This document shows positions 33,232-46,295 of a stretch of DNA of 53,501 nt, one piece after another. This DNA is from Thermoplasmatota archaeon. Lineage in GTDB: Archaea > Thermoplasmatota > E2 > UBA202 > JdFR-43. Numbering within the stretch: position 1 is the first letter of the stretch; each line of letters opens with the position of its first letter. The translations under genes were made by a program, and so were the position numbers. The DNA is taken from positions 1 through 53,501 of the forward strand of contig JAWAYL010000004.1 in assembly GCA_038818725.1 (NCBI GenBank). Reading direction: 5' to 3'. The notes under the pieces are model-generated. The model was not told where the DNA came from. It made no database searches and worked only from the letters and a program-made list of their open reading frames with translations.

Positions 33232-34169
33232 CAAAAATAAAGGGCAATTTTGTTGAAGGGAAAAATAGAATTAGCTTAATTGAAGCATGCTATCTTCTTG
33301 AAAAAGGAAAAATTGAAATAGAAAAAGACGGAAAAAGAATTGATTTTGAAGATTTTTTAAAATATGCTGTTTCTGTTTTCAATGATTTTGAAATAAAATA
33401 TCTTGTATATCGTGATTTAAGAGAGCGTGGATATATAGCAGAAATTGATGAAGATTTTTTATTATATGAGCGTGGAAAGAAACCTCCAGCTGAGCCTTCA
33501 TTTATTGTAAAAGCTATTTCTGAAAGAGCTAATTTTAAAATAAAAGATGTTATTGATTGGCTTCTGCAAAATGAGAAAAAAATAGTGATTGGAGTTGTTG
33601 ATGAGGAAGGAGATTTAACCTATTATTCAATTAAATTTTTTGAAATTAAATCTGATATAAAAAAAGAATGCTATAAAGGCGATATAGTGGTGCTTAATGA
33701 TAGAAGTGTTATTTTTGATGAAAAACTGATAAATAAAGTAAGGGAGGAAGGAATTGGAAGAGATTTTGGTAAATATGCCCAGCTTTCTTTAATGGAAACC
33801 GCATATATGGCAAAAAATGGAGCAAATCTAATTAAGGATGGAGACAAAATAAGTTTTGAGGATTTTATGAAAAAAGTAAAATCTATTCAGCCAGATATAA
33901 AGGAGAGATTAAAGGTTTATGAAGATTTGAAGAATAAAGGTAAGCTACCAAAAACAGGCTTCAAATTTGGCTCTCATTTTAGAGTTTATGAAGGAAAAAT
34001 ACAGGAGCACGCCCCTTATCTAGTTCATGTGATAAAAAATAATTATACCTCAACATGGGCCGAAGTGAGCAGGGCGGTGAGGCTGGCGCAATCTGTTAAA
34101 AAAGAAATGATATTTGCAGTCGTTGGAAAAGAGATAAAATATATAAGAATAAAAAGAATTACTCCATGA
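33225..34169 (+). CDS. endA: tRNA-splicing endonuclease, alpha2 (tandem-repeat) type
   Basis: Two repeats (SLIEA.YL...VYRDLR.RG and SLMETAY...VY.DL..KG); catalytic region KTGFKFGSHFRVY, HA and VKK in the second repeat. Confidence 0.92.
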   Translation: MLAKIKGNFVEGKNRISLIEACYLLEKGKIEIEKDGKRIDFEDFLKYAVSVFNDFEIKYLVYRDLRERGYIAEIDEDFLLYERGKKPPAEPSFIVKAISERANFKIKDVIDWLLQNEKKIVIGVVDEEGDLTYYSIKFFEIKSDIKKECYKGDIVVLNDRSVIFDEKLINKVREEGIGRDFGKYAQLSLMETAYMAKNGANLIKDGDKISFEDFMKKVKSIQPDIKERLKVYEDLKNKGKLPKTGFKFGSHFRVYEGKIQEHAPYLVHVIKNNYTSTWAEVSRAVRLAQSVKKEMIFAVVGKEIKYIRIKRITP

Positions 34170-35339
34170 ATGAAGAAAATTGCAATAATATTTATATTTC
34201 TTCTGCTATCAAATATTTGTTATTCAAAAAGCGATAAGAAAGAAATAAAAATTGCAATTTATAACTCAATATCTCCTTCAGTAAAGCTTTTAGAAAGAGC
34301 ATTTAGATATGCATGGGAAGAAAATGGAATAGAATATGAAATCATTGCAAAAAGAATTGATTTCAGAGATGTTATTAATGGGAGTTTAGAAAATTATGAT
34401 ATTCTTGTAATAGGGGCTAGTGGGAGGCAATATTTTCATGGATTGATAAAAAAATGGAAGGAAGAAATTAAAGAATTTATTGCGAATGGAGGAGGTTATA
34501 TTGGTATATGTGGAGGAGCTAACATTGCATCAAAAGGATATGAAAAGCCAAGACATTTTTTTGATTTTATAATAAACATGGCATGCCTTGAAATAGTTGA
34601 TGCATACATAAATGATGATCAGGATGAGGAATGGCAGTATTTATGGAAAGAAGTAGGCGACTCAAGAATCCCTATTAAAAATGAAATAATTCCTCATCCA
34701 ATTTTTGAGAATCTTTCATATCGCTATATTACTTATGGCGGCGGGCCAGGAATGTATGGAATAAAGGAGGCAAAACCAATTGCAGTTTATGCAGAGGAGC
34801 CAATGGAAGTAGCACCTTTGCATTACTGGATATGGGTTGGAAAATGGATTCCATATAAAGAAATTAAAACAGATATAAAGCAACATTATTCAATTGTTGA
34901 ATCTAAATATGGAAAAGGGAAAGTAATTGTTTTCAGTCCTCACCCAGAAATACCATGTGGAATGAATGGAAGCGTTTATGAATTTTTTGGAATTTCAATA
35001 TACGGCATACCTAGATATGTATATTCATGGGTTAATGGAAATAATACAAATATGAGTTATAATTGGTGGATTTTGAGGAGGGCAATTGCATATTCATTGA
35101 ATTTACCTCTTCCTCCAATGGAAGAACTTTTTATTTACTTAAGATATACTGATGGAGAAGTAAATGCCTACGTGGAGAATGCAGAGAAAGTTATATTTTA
35201 TGTTGATGGTGAGGTATATGAAATTAAAAATGAGCCACCATTTAAAATTTCTGTAAACGATGGAAAAGCTCATATTATAAAAGCAATTGCTATAAAAGGA
35301 AATGCAAAGGCATGGGATGAAATTTTTTTAAATACTTAG
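34170..35339 (+). CDS. Secreted class I glutamine-amidotransferase-like (BPL_N-like) protein with C-terminal Ig-like domain
   Basis: Signal peptide; I.EFI.NGGGYIGICGGA (nucleophile-elbow Cys), GGGP and FSPHPE; C-terminal V.FYVDG...PPF...H.IKA.A. Confidence 0.72.
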   Translation: MKKIAIIFIFLLLSNICYSKSDKKEIKIAIYNSISPSVKLLERAFRYAWEENGIEYEIIAKRIDFRDVINGSLENYDILVIGASGRQYFHGLIKKWKEEIKEFIANGGGYIGICGGANIASKGYEKPRHFFDFIINMACLEIVDAYINDDQDEEWQYLWKEVGDSRIPIKNEIIPHPIFENLSYRYITYGGGPGMYGIKEAKPIAVYAEEPMEVAPLHYWIWVGKWIPYKEIKTDIKQHYSIVESKYGKGKVIVFSPHPEIPCGMNGSVYEFFGISIYGIPRYVYSWVNGNNTNMSYNWWILRRAIAYSLNLPLPPMEELFIYLRYTDGEVNAYVENAEKVIFYVDGEVYEIKNEPPFKISVNDGKAHIIKAIAIKGNAKAWDEIFLNT

Positions 35340-35795
35340 CTTCCATATCTCATCACCTAAATGATGAATGTTTTCAACTGCCTTTCCCTTCTTCTCTTTT
35401 TTTATTTCTTCCGCATCCTTCAAAGCTATACCAACTGCAATAGGATTTCCTCTCCCATCTTTTACCCATACAATATCTCCTTTTTTTATTTCATTATCTA
35501 TCTCAACTATGCCTGGCGCCATTACATCCGCGCCACCAATTATATGCTTTATTGCACCGTCATCAACTGTTAAAAACCTCTTTTTTGGGTTATAAATCCT
35601 TAGACCCAGCAAATTTAGGAAAGGTTTATCATCTATAAAAAAAGCGGTAAATTTTTTGTTTATAAACAGTATTCTCATATTTTTAAATTCTGCAATTTCC
35701 GCTTCTCCATCTATTCTGCAATCAAGTTGCTTTTCTATCTCATCAAAAATTTTTCTGGCATCCTTTTTTCTCAAAACATGTCTATTCTTGAACAT
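35328..35795 (-). CDS. PUA-domain RNA-binding protein (MCT-1/Tma20-like)
   Basis: RH.LRKKD, P..L..G, VDDGAIKHI.GGADVM.PGI, A.G.A and GKA..NIHH.GD.IW. Likely start ATG 35795. Confidence 0.9.
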   Translation of the reverse strand: MFKNRHVLRKKDARKIFDEIEKQLDCRIDGEAEIAEFKNMRILFINKKFTAFFIDDKPFLNLLGLRIYNPKKRFLTVDDGAIKHIIGGADVMAPGIVEIDNEIKKGDIVWVKDGRGNPIAVGIALKDAEEIKKEKKGKAVENIHHLGDEIWKLSI

Positions 35796-35842
35796 AAAAA
35801 TAATTTTCTCAAAATTTAAATACTTATTTCCTATAACAGAGC

Positions 35843-36004
35843 ATGCTTGAAGGAAGATGCATAAGCTGTGGAAGGGGTTTAACAATTGAAGGGCATGCTC
35901 AATTTCCTTGTCCAGAATGCGGAACTATTATAAAGAGATGCAGGAATTGTAGGGCTCTTTCAGCAAGATATAAATGCAACGAATGCGGTTTCGAGGGACC
36001 ATAA
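35843..36004 (+). CDS. Small double zinc-ribbon protein (DUF1610 / HVO_2753 family)
   Basis: Hand translation MLEGRCISCGRGLTIEGHAQFPCPECGTIIKRCRNCRALSARYKCNECGFEGP*. TAATG overlap with EF-1beta, a conserved archaeal arrangement. Not in the ORF track. Confidence 0.93.
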   Translation: MLEGRCISCGRGLTIEGHAQFPCPECGTIIKRCRNCRALSARYKCNECGFEGP

Positions 36005-36264
36005 TGGGAAAGGTAGCAATAAAGTTTAAATTGATGCCATCTGATATTTCACTCAATCTTGAATCAATAAAAGAGAAAGCAGAAAAAGCAATGCCAAACT
36101 ATGCAAAAATTGTAAAACATGAGATATTGCCAGTAGCATTTGGATTAAAAGCTTTGCTTTTAACTGTTGTTATGCCTGATCAAAGTCCAGATGAATTAAT
36201 TGAAAAACTTGAAAAAATAGAGGGTATAGAGAGTGTAACAGTTGAAGAAGTTGGCTTAATTTAA
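36004..36264 (+). CDS. ef1b: Translation elongation factor 1-beta
   Basis: MGKV.I.FKLMP, P.AFGLKAL and IE.V.VEEV.LI. Real start is 36004. Confidence 0.94.
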   Translation: MGKVAIKFKLMPSDISLNLESIKEKAEKAMPNYAKIVKHEILPVAFGLKALLLTVVMPDQSPDELIEKLEKIEGIESVTVEEVGLI

Positions 36265-36368
36265 ATCTAAATTTTTTATTCTAACCTATTCTTTTGTGGA
36301 ATGATAGAGATGTTGATTTAAGATAATGAGCAGCAATAATGCCAAAGTAAATCTTTCATACTCATTTT

Positions 36369-36553
36369 CTATCTTTTCCTGCTATAGAAAATAGGTGAAT
36401 TAAAAGACAAACTTTTTACGATTTCTTCATCTATTGCAATACAACGCCTATTTATGATTTTCTCAAAGATTCGTGACTTCCCGCGTAAAGGCTAGCGATT
36501 AACTTAATTTCTATTTTCTTTTTATCCCAACGAAAAATATTTTTTGGAATTAA
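36369..36553 (-). pseudogene. Degenerate IS6-family transposase relic
   Basis: Two frameshifted minus-strand fragments, LIPKNIFRWDKKKIEIKLIASLYAGSHESLRKS* and KIINRRCIAIDEEIVK, resemble from memory the N-terminal IF.R....K..A.LY/SHES.R and IAIDE (first catalytic Asp) segments of archaeal IS6 transposases. No clear terminal repeats. Confidence 0.5.
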
Positions 36554-36577
36554 TCCTCAAATCCTCGACGCCTGTGA

Positions 36578-39864
<3,287 letters not shown>

Positions 39865-39918
39865 GCGGAATAAATAATAAAATACTTAAATTTTTATCTA
39901 TGTAAGCCATTTATTATT

Positions 39919-40755
39919 GTGCTATCAGATGTCCAGTCGCGCAAACCGGAAGCAAATTTCAAGCTCACGAGAGTAGGAGTTAAAGGAATTAAAAAGCCAG
40001 TTTGCATAAAAAGAAAGGAAAAGGTTGTTAATCTTATAGCAAACATAGAACTTTTCGTAGATTTACCACCAACAAGAAAAGGAAGCGATCTTTCAAGAAA
40101 TGCAGAAATAATAGAAGAAATAGTTGATAGCTCGGTAAGGGAGCCATCAAAAAGTTTAGAGGATTTATGCGAAAAAATAGCGGAGGAAATGCTTTTAAGG
40201 CATGAATATGCGAGCAGATCGGAGGTAAGAATAAGCTCCGACTATTTCCTTGAAAGAAACACGCCTGGCGGGAAGAAAAGCCTTGAGCCATATAAAATAA
40301 TGGCGGTTGCAATAAAAGAAAGAGGAGGAGCAACAAAAAAATTTATAGGTGTTGAAGTTGTTGGAATGACAGTTTGCCCTTGCGCAATGGAAAATATAAA
40401 AGCAAAATATGGTAAAATTTGTTCTCATAATCAGAGAAATGTCGCAAGTGTTTTTATTGAAAATGATGGAAGCGTAGATGCTGATGACATTATTTCAATA
40501 ATAGAAAAATCAATGAGTATGCCTACTTTTGAAATATTGAAAAGAGGAGATGAAATGGAAGTAGTTAAAAAAGCACATGAAAATCCAAAATTTGTTGAGG
40601 ATGTTGTAAGAGATATTTTAAAGGAAATAGTAAATAGATATAAAAATCTTCCAGATAGCACAGTTGTAATTGCAAGGAGTGAGAGCTTTGAATCAATACA
40701 TAAGCATAATGCATTTGCAGAGAGAATTACAACCATAGGAGAGTTAAGAAAATAA
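39919..40755 (+). CDS. mptA: GTP cyclohydrolase MptA/FolE2 family
   Basis: DVQ, RVGV.G, KG..LSR, G.TVCPC, HNQR, LKR.DE, P.FVED.VR and ESIH.HNA. GTG start. Confidence 0.9.
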   Translation: MLSDVQSRKPEANFKLTRVGVKGIKKPVCIKRKEKVVNLIANIELFVDLPPTRKGSDLSRNAEIIEEIVDSSVREPSKSLEDLCEKIAEEMLLRHEYASRSEVRISSDYFLERNTPGGKKSLEPYKIMAVAIKERGGATKKFIGVEVVGMTVCPCAMENIKAKYGKICSHNQRNVASVFIENDGSVDADDIISIIEKSMSMPTFEILKRGDEMEVVKKAHENPKFVEDVVRDILKEIVNRYKNLPDSTVVIARSESFESIHKHNAFAERITTIGELRK

Positions 40756-40781
40756 TTTAAATTGTTAAGCCATTATATTCA

Positions 40782-41411
40782 ATGATAGGGATATGCGAGC
40801 AGCATGGATTTTATAGAGGAGAGAATTGCCCTTATTGCAAAAGGAAAGGAAAATTTCTGATGAATGATAAAGAAGCAAAAAAATTGAGTAGCTTAATGGT
40901 TGGAATATTGCGCCATTTCCCTCAAAATTTTGATTTGAAAATTGATAAAAATGGATGGGTAGAAATAGATAAGATGGCAGAAGCAATAAAAAATAAAGTT
41001 GAAGGATTTTACTGGGTAAGAAGAAAGCATATTGAAGCAATTGCAACAACTGATGAAAAAGGAAGATATCAGATAAAGGAGGGAAAAATAAGAGCAACTT
41101 ATGCTCATACAATAGATGTTGATTTATCAGATTTGCCAGATGCAGATGCTGATGAACTTTATTATCCTGTAACAGAAGAAGAACTTGAAATTGTGCTTGA
41201 GCAGGGATTGCTTCCAGTTGATAGAAATAAAGTCCATTTAAGTGGAAGCATTGAAAAGGCTGTTGAAGCTGGAAAAAGAAGATGTGAAAATCCAGTTATA
41301 CTTAAAATAGATGTAAAAAAAGCAATTGAAGATGGAATTAAGATAAAGAAAGCAGGAAATGAAGTATATATAGCAGATAAAATAGATGGAAAATATATAA
41401 GCAAGATATAG
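40782..41411 (+). CDS. kptA: RNA 2'-phosphotransferase KptA/Tpt1 with N-terminal C/H zinc-ribbon-like extension
   Basis: LS.L..GILRH.P, DEKGRY, IRA.YAHT, R.KVHLS and A..AG.R. Confidence 0.92.
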   Translation: MIGICEQHGFYRGENCPYCKRKGKFLMNDKEAKKLSSLMVGILRHFPQNFDLKIDKNGWVEIDKMAEAIKNKVEGFYWVRRKHIEAIATTDEKGRYQIKEGKIRATYAHTIDVDLSDLPDADADELYYPVTEEELEIVLEQGLLPVDRNKVHLSGSIEKAVEAGKRRCENPVILKIDVKKAIEDGIKIKKAGNEVYIADKIDGKYISKI

Positions 41412-41445
41412 AAATTAATTTAAACTTTTCATAAATAACAAAGTA

Positions 41446-42894
41446 ATGGAAACTCTCTCGCCTTTAGAAAAAGAATTGCTTTTAAAGCTCGCAGAAAAAA
41501 ATGGAAGAGCAAGCATTGAAGAAATTGAGATGGATTTAGTTAAGGCAATGAATGCCGCCTCCTGGCTTCAATCAAAGGGGCTTTTAGGGAGTGAGGAAAA
41601 AATTGTCAGAGAATATTTATTAACAGATGAAGGTGAAAAGTTTTTAAAGGATGGACTGCCCGAAAAAAAGATAGAGGAAGGAGAGATAAGGGAGCTTGAA
41701 GGAAAATTCGGTAAAAAATTTGCAATTCTGCTTGGCTGGGCTATAAGAAAAGGATGGTGCAGAGTCGACGAAATAGGAGACAAAAAATATGTTAAAATTA
41801 CAGATAAAGGAAAAAAAGAGATGCCCGCAAGGCAGGCAGAGGAAGTAGCTCTTGAAAGAATAAAAAAAGGAGATTATAATATAGAAGAAGAAATATTAAA
41901 TATTTTGAAGAGGAGAGATGCAATAAAGGAAAAGAAGAAAATTGCAAGAAGCATTTTTCTCACTGAAGAGGGATGGAATATTATCAGAAAAGGAATAAAA
42001 TTTGAAGAAGAAATTTCTCAACTAACTCCAGAAATGCTGAAAAATGGAAGTTGGAAAGATAAGAAATTCAGAAAATATGATGTAAAAGCATTTTCTCCTT
42101 CTATATATCCTGGAAAATTGCATCCATTAAGCCAACTTATAGAAAAAATAAGGAGAATATTTTCATCAATGGGATTTAAAGAAATAAAAGGAAATTATAT
42201 TGAATCATGTTTCTGGAATATGGATGTTCTTTTTATTCCGCAAGACCATCCTGCAAGAGATATGCAGGATACATTTTATTGCAAGCTTCAAAAAATGGAA
42301 ATAGACGAAAAAATGCTTGACGTTGTTGCAGAAATACATCAAAATGGAGGAAAAACTGGTTCAAAAGGATGGGGTTATAAGTTTAGTAAAGAAGAGGCAA
42401 AAAAAGCAATTTTAAGAACACATACAACTGTAAATACAATAAGATATTTAATAAATAATCCTTCTCCTCCTGCAAAAGTTTTTTCCATAGAAAAGGTTTT
42501 TAGAAGAGAAAATATAGATGCAACCCATCTTCCAGAATTTTATCAGATTGAAGGAATAGTTTATGAAAAAGGAGCAAATTTTTGCATGCTAAAAGGTATA
42601 CTAAAAGAATTTTATTCAAAAATGGGGTTTGAAAAAATAAGATTTCGCCCTTCTTATTTTCCATATACCGAGCCATCGATGGAAATTGAGGTAGAATTCA
42701 ATGGCAGATGGATTGAGCTAGGCGGTTCTGGAATTTTCAGGCCGGAGGTTACAGAGCCATTTGGGATAAAATATCCTGTGCTTGCATGGGGGCTTGGGCT
42801 GGAAAGAATGGCGATGAACTTATTGGGGCTTAATGATATAAGGATGCTTTATTTTAGCGATATAGAATGGCTTCGCTCACTGCCCCTGCTTTAA
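41446..42894 (+). CDS. pheS: Phenylalanine--tRNA ligase alpha subunit (archaeal long type)
   Basis: G.LHP, FWN.D.LF.PQDHPARDMQDTF, LRTHTT, VFRRE..DATHLPEF.Q, FPYTEPS and AWGLG.ER. Confidence 0.97.
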   Translation: METLSPLEKELLLKLAEKNGRASIEEIEMDLVKAMNAASWLQSKGLLGSEEKIVREYLLTDEGEKFLKDGLPEKKIEEGEIRELEGKFGKKFAILLGWAIRKGWCRVDEIGDKKYVKITDKGKKEMPARQAEEVALERIKKGDYNIEEEILNILKRRDAIKEKKKIARSIFLTEEGWNIIRKGIKFEEEISQLTPEMLKNGSWKDKKFRKYDVKAFSPSIYPGKLHPLSQLIEKIRRIFSSMGFKEIKGNYIESCFWNMDVLFIPQDHPARDMQDTFYCKLQKMEIDEKMLDVVAEIHQNGGKTGSKGWGYKFSKEEAKKAILRTHTTVNTIRYLINNPSPPAKVFSIEKVFRRENIDATHLPEFYQIEGIVYEKGANFCMLKGILKEFYSKMGFEKIRFRPSYFPYTEPSMEIEVEFNGRWIELGGSGIFRPEVTEPFGIKYPVLAWGLGLERMAMNLLGLNDIRMLYFSDIEWLRSLPLL

Positions 42895-43677
42895 TTTTTT
42901 CAGCAGATTTTTCAATAAATCCGTTCTTGTTACTATTCCTTTAATTTTTTCATCTCCTCCTACTATTGGTAAGCAACCAACTTCATTTTTTATCATTATT
43001 TCAGCAGCTTCTTTTATTGTTATTGTATCTTTTGCTACTATTGCTGGACTTTTCATTACATCTCTAACAAGTAAATTTTTTATATGAGAACTTTGCTTTC
43101 CAAGGGATATGCCTTTTTTAAGTTTTGCAAAAGCATTTGCAATTTCCCAGTCAGAAATTATTCCAACTACTTTACCATTTTCAAGAACAGGAATTCTTGC
43201 TATATCCTTATCAATCATCAATCTTCTTGCATGAATAACTCTATCATCTGGAGAAACTGAAATTACTGGAAAACTCATTATTTCTTTTATATTTCTTTCG
43301 TCATCAACAAGTGGGAGCAAATCAGCTTTTGTTACCACACCAACCAAACGATCATTTGAAACAACAGGAAGCATTGTTGGACCAGGTTCGCCAACAGTTT
43401 CAAGTATTTCCTCAATTGGTGTGTCTGGCGAAACGGTATCAAATTTTTTCTCCATAACAGTCATTGCATGCATTCTTGCAGGCGTTATTCCTCTGCTTCT
43501 TATGCTTCCTAGCTTGTCCGCTATTTTGTTATCTGTTACTATTCCAACAAGTTTTCCATCTTCAATTACTGGAGCTTTTGTTATTTTATATTTGTCCATT
43601 AGCTGAAGTATATAATCAACATCATCTCTTTTATTTACATAAATAACTTCTTTTGTCATTATATCTTTTACTTTCAT
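42877..43677 (-). CDS. CBS-domain protein (four CBS repeats)
   Basis: V.DIMT..V, PV.E.GKLVGIVT, V.DVM and G.LP.V...GIVT.TD. GGTGA Shine-Dalgarno. Confidence 0.9.
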   Translation of the reverse strand: MKVKDIMTKEVIYVNKRDDVDYILQLMDKYKITKAPVIEDGKLVGIVTDNKIADKLGSIRSRGITPARMHAMTVMEKKFDTVSPDTPIEEILETVGEPGPTMLPVVSNDRLVGVVTKADLLPLVDDERNIKEIMSFPVISVSPDDRVIHARRLMIDKDIARIPVLENGKVVGIISDWEIANAFAKLKKGISLGKQSSHIKNLLVRDVMKSPAIVAKDTITIKEAAEIMIKNEVGCLPIVGGDEKIKGIVTRTDLLKNLLKKLKQGQ

Positions 43678-43685
43678 AAAATCAC

Positions 43686-44228
43686 CTAAAGCTCAGCACA
43701 AAACTCGCAGAGCATTCTTCCATTTACTTCTATAAGTTTGTCGGTTGTCATTCCACATTCCTCACACATCCCAGGCGTTGTTTCGCTTCTTTCGTATTCA
43801 ATTCTCTCTTTTGTTATTCTTGCCCATTCTTCAATCAAATCAATGAAAAGAGGGGAAAATTGAACAATATCTCTTTCAGTAATTACTCCAACAAGCTTTC
43901 CATTCTCTATAACTGGCAATCTTCTTATTCTATTTTCTCCTAGCAATTTCAAAGCTTTTTCAATCTTTTCATCTGGAGAAATGCTAACTAAAGGAGAACT
44001 CATCACGTCTTTTACCTTTATTTTTGAAGCATCTTTTCCCTCAGCAACAATTTTTTTGAGAATATCACTCTCTGTTAATATTCCAACTGGCTTACCGTTT
44101 TCAACAACAATTACACTCCCTACTTTTTCATTTTTCATTTCCTTAGCTGCTTCAAGAACTGTTGCCTTACTCTTTATTATAACAGGGGCTTTGCTCATTA
44201 TGTCTCTCACAAGTATCTCTTTTTTCAT
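43686..44228 (-). CDS. CBS-pair protein with C-terminal zinc ribbon
   Basis: Two CBS repeats followed by GMCEECG...LCEFC. Confidence 0.9.
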   Translation of the reverse strand: MKKEILVRDIMSKAPVIIKSKATVLEAAKEMKNEKVGSVIVVENGKPVGILTESDILKKIVAEGKDASKIKVKDVMSSPLVSISPDEKIEKALKLLGENRIRRLPVIENGKLVGVITERDIVQFSPLFIDLIEEWARITKERIEYERSETTPGMCEECGMTTDKLIEVNGRMLCEFCAEL

Positions 44229-44399
44229 CAATGAATATTAAAATATAAATAAAAAACTTTTCCATGCTTGAGTATTTCAGAATTCCCAACGATGATTCTT
44301 TTACAACAATTTTTAGGAAATTTTGTTGTTTTCTCTATATTCATCATTACGATAGACTTTTTCTTTCACTTTCAGAGATATTGTGCTTGAATATGTTAT

Positions 44400-45671
44400 T
44401 TACTGAGCGAAAAGCTCTTCTTTAGCTTTTTCTACTTCTCTATAAATTTTTTCTACCTTTAAATTTAATTTTTTATCATTCAGAAGCAATTTTCCATTTA
44501 TTATAACCTCGCTTACATTCATTCCGCTTGCGGAATAAACAATATTTGAAACTAAATTGTGGCAAGGAATAAGATTTGGAGAGCTTCCATCAATGCATAC
44601 TAAATCCGCTTTTTTACCTTCCTTTATTACGCCACCATCTATACCAAGAAAGCGATAAGCAATTGTTGTTGCCATATCAAAAACTTCCTGAGCATTTGCA
44701 ACAGTTGCATCCCATCTATGCTGTTTATGTATAAGAGAACAAAATTTCATTGTTTCGAACATATCAAGCTTATTGTTGCTACCCGCCCCATCAGTGCCAA
44801 GCGTAACAAAAGCATTTCTTGCTAAAAGCTCTGGCAAAGGAGTGAAGCCGCCGGTGGCGAGCTTCATGTTGCTTATTGGATTATGGGCAACGCAAGCTTT
44901 TGATTTTGCTATTTCCTTTACTTCTTCTTTTGTGAGCCAGCAGCAATGGGCGAGAATTGTTCTTCTTGTAAGCAATCCATTATTTTTTATTTGCTTTAAA
45001 GGTCTTATACCATAATTTTTAATGCAGTCATAAACTTCCTTTCTTGTTTCAGAGCAGTGAATATGAATATATGCATTATATTTTTTTGCAATTTCTCCAG
45101 CTTTTTTTAAAGTCTCGGGTGAGCATGTATAAACTGAATGAGGGGCAACAACTGGTTTAACTATTTCATCATTTCTCCATTTCCTTAAAAATTTTTCACA
45201 TTCCTTAATAAGATTTTCTTTTTTCATCTCTGGAGTATCGAAATCAAGTATGCTGAAGCCAGCGAAGCATCTTATCCCAATTTTTTTTGCAATTTTTGCT
45301 ATTTCATCTTCATAAAAATACATATCAGCACAGCATGTTGTTCCACCAGATATCATTTCAAGAAATGCGAGTTTTGTTCCAGCAGAAATATGTTGCTTTT
45401 TTAATTTTGCTTCAACAGGCCATATTTTTTTAGTTAGCCATTCCTCAAGCTTCATATCATCTCCATAGCCACGAAAAAGAGTCATTGGTAGATGGGTATG
45501 CATGTTTATTAAACCAGGTATAACTATCTTATTTTTTATCAAAAAATCTGCTTCATGATTAATTTTTCCTATTTCAACAATTCTATCATCCTCTATATAA
45601 ATATCCCCTTCTATTATTCTCCTATTTGCATCTTGGGTAACTATTTTTGAATTTTTTATTAATATACTCAT
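44400..45671 (-). CDS. mtaD: Amidohydrolase, 5'-methylthioadenosine/S-adenosylhomocysteine deaminase-like
   Basis: PGLINMHTH, APHS.YT, HIHCSET, AHC, HNP.SNMKLA.G, LGTDG.GSNN and G.KAD. Exact substrate is inferred. Confidence 0.82.
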   Translation of the reverse strand: MSILIKNSKIVTQDANRRIIEGDIYIEDDRIVEIGKINHEADFLIKNKIVIPGLINMHTHLPMTLFRGYGDDMKLEEWLTKKIWPVEAKLKKQHISAGTKLAFLEMISGGTTCCADMYFYEDEIAKIAKKIGIRCFAGFSILDFDTPEMKKENLIKECEKFLRKWRNDEIVKPVVAPHSVYTCSPETLKKAGEIAKKYNAYIHIHCSETRKEVYDCIKNYGIRPLKQIKNNGLLTRRTILAHCCWLTKEEVKEIAKSKACVAHNPISNMKLATGGFTPLPELLARNAFVTLGTDGAGSNNKLDMFETMKFCSLIHKQHRWDATVANAQEVFDMATTIAYRFLGIDGGVIKEGKKADLVCIDGSSPNLIPCHNLVSNIVYSASGMNVSEVIINGKLLLNDKKLNLKVEKIYREVEKAKEELFAQ

Positions 45672-46295
45672 TTAATCGAGCAATATTATATTATATGGAG
45701 TTACAAAAGGATATTCACTTATCTCTCCTTCCACTTCTACCTTTCTTCCTTCAACATCCATTTTTTCTTTCAACAGCACACCTAAAACTCCTTCTTCATA
45801 AGCAAGCCTCATGATATATCCATCTCTATAAGGGACGACAGCTTTAACTACTCCTCTTACTCTTACTTTTCCTTTAGTTGGAACAAATGAAACTGCTTTT
45901 TCTTTTTTCCTGTAAAGTTCATAAAAATTTGCCCTCAATTCCTTTAATATATCTTCATCAGAAACAACAAAAGCAAGTTGATTTTCTTTTATTTCACCTG
46001 CAAATATATATGCTTTTGTAAGCCCAACCGCATAATTACCAATTGCTTCAGGATTCTCAACCGCATTTTTTATCTTAGCGGATGGTGTTGCAACAACCAC
46101 TTTTGCATCGGCTGGTGGCTCGATGCTTATTTTTTCAGCAACTATAAGAGGATTTTTTAATTCTGAAAGGCTCCATTTTTTAAGCAACTTGCAAGTTTTT
46201 TCTGGCACACTTTTTTTCCATGCAAGTTCAACAGCAACAGAAACTGCAACTATTCCAACAACTAATCCAGCAATAAACCCTATTACACTATCCAT
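45672..46295 (-). CDS. Hypothetical membrane-anchored protein (N-terminal TM, degenerate PLD-like core, OB-fold-like C-terminus)
   Basis: TM GFIAGLVVGIVAVSVAVELAW. C-terminal VRVRGVV...VEGRKVEVEGEISEY is OB-like. Stop abuts the mtaD ATG. Likely start 46295. Confidence 0.65.
   Translation of the reverse strand: MDSVIGFIAGLVVGIVAVSVAVELAWKKSVPEKTCKLLKKWSLSELKNPLIVAEKISIEPPADAKVVVATPSAKIKNAVENPEAIGNYAVGLTKAYIFAGEIKENQLAFVVSDEDILKELRANFYELYRKKEKAVSFVPTKGKVRVRGVVKAVVPYRDGYIMRLAYEEGVLGVLLKEKMDVEGRKVEVEGEISEYPFVTPYNIILLD

Noticed and set aside
44264-44425. 53-aa plus-strand ORF (MLEYFRIPNDDSF...) and short minus-strand frames in the CBS/mtaD gap
   Set aside because: Atypical composition, overlap with the mtaD 3' end and no motif. 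The roughly 170-bp gap remains unexplained.
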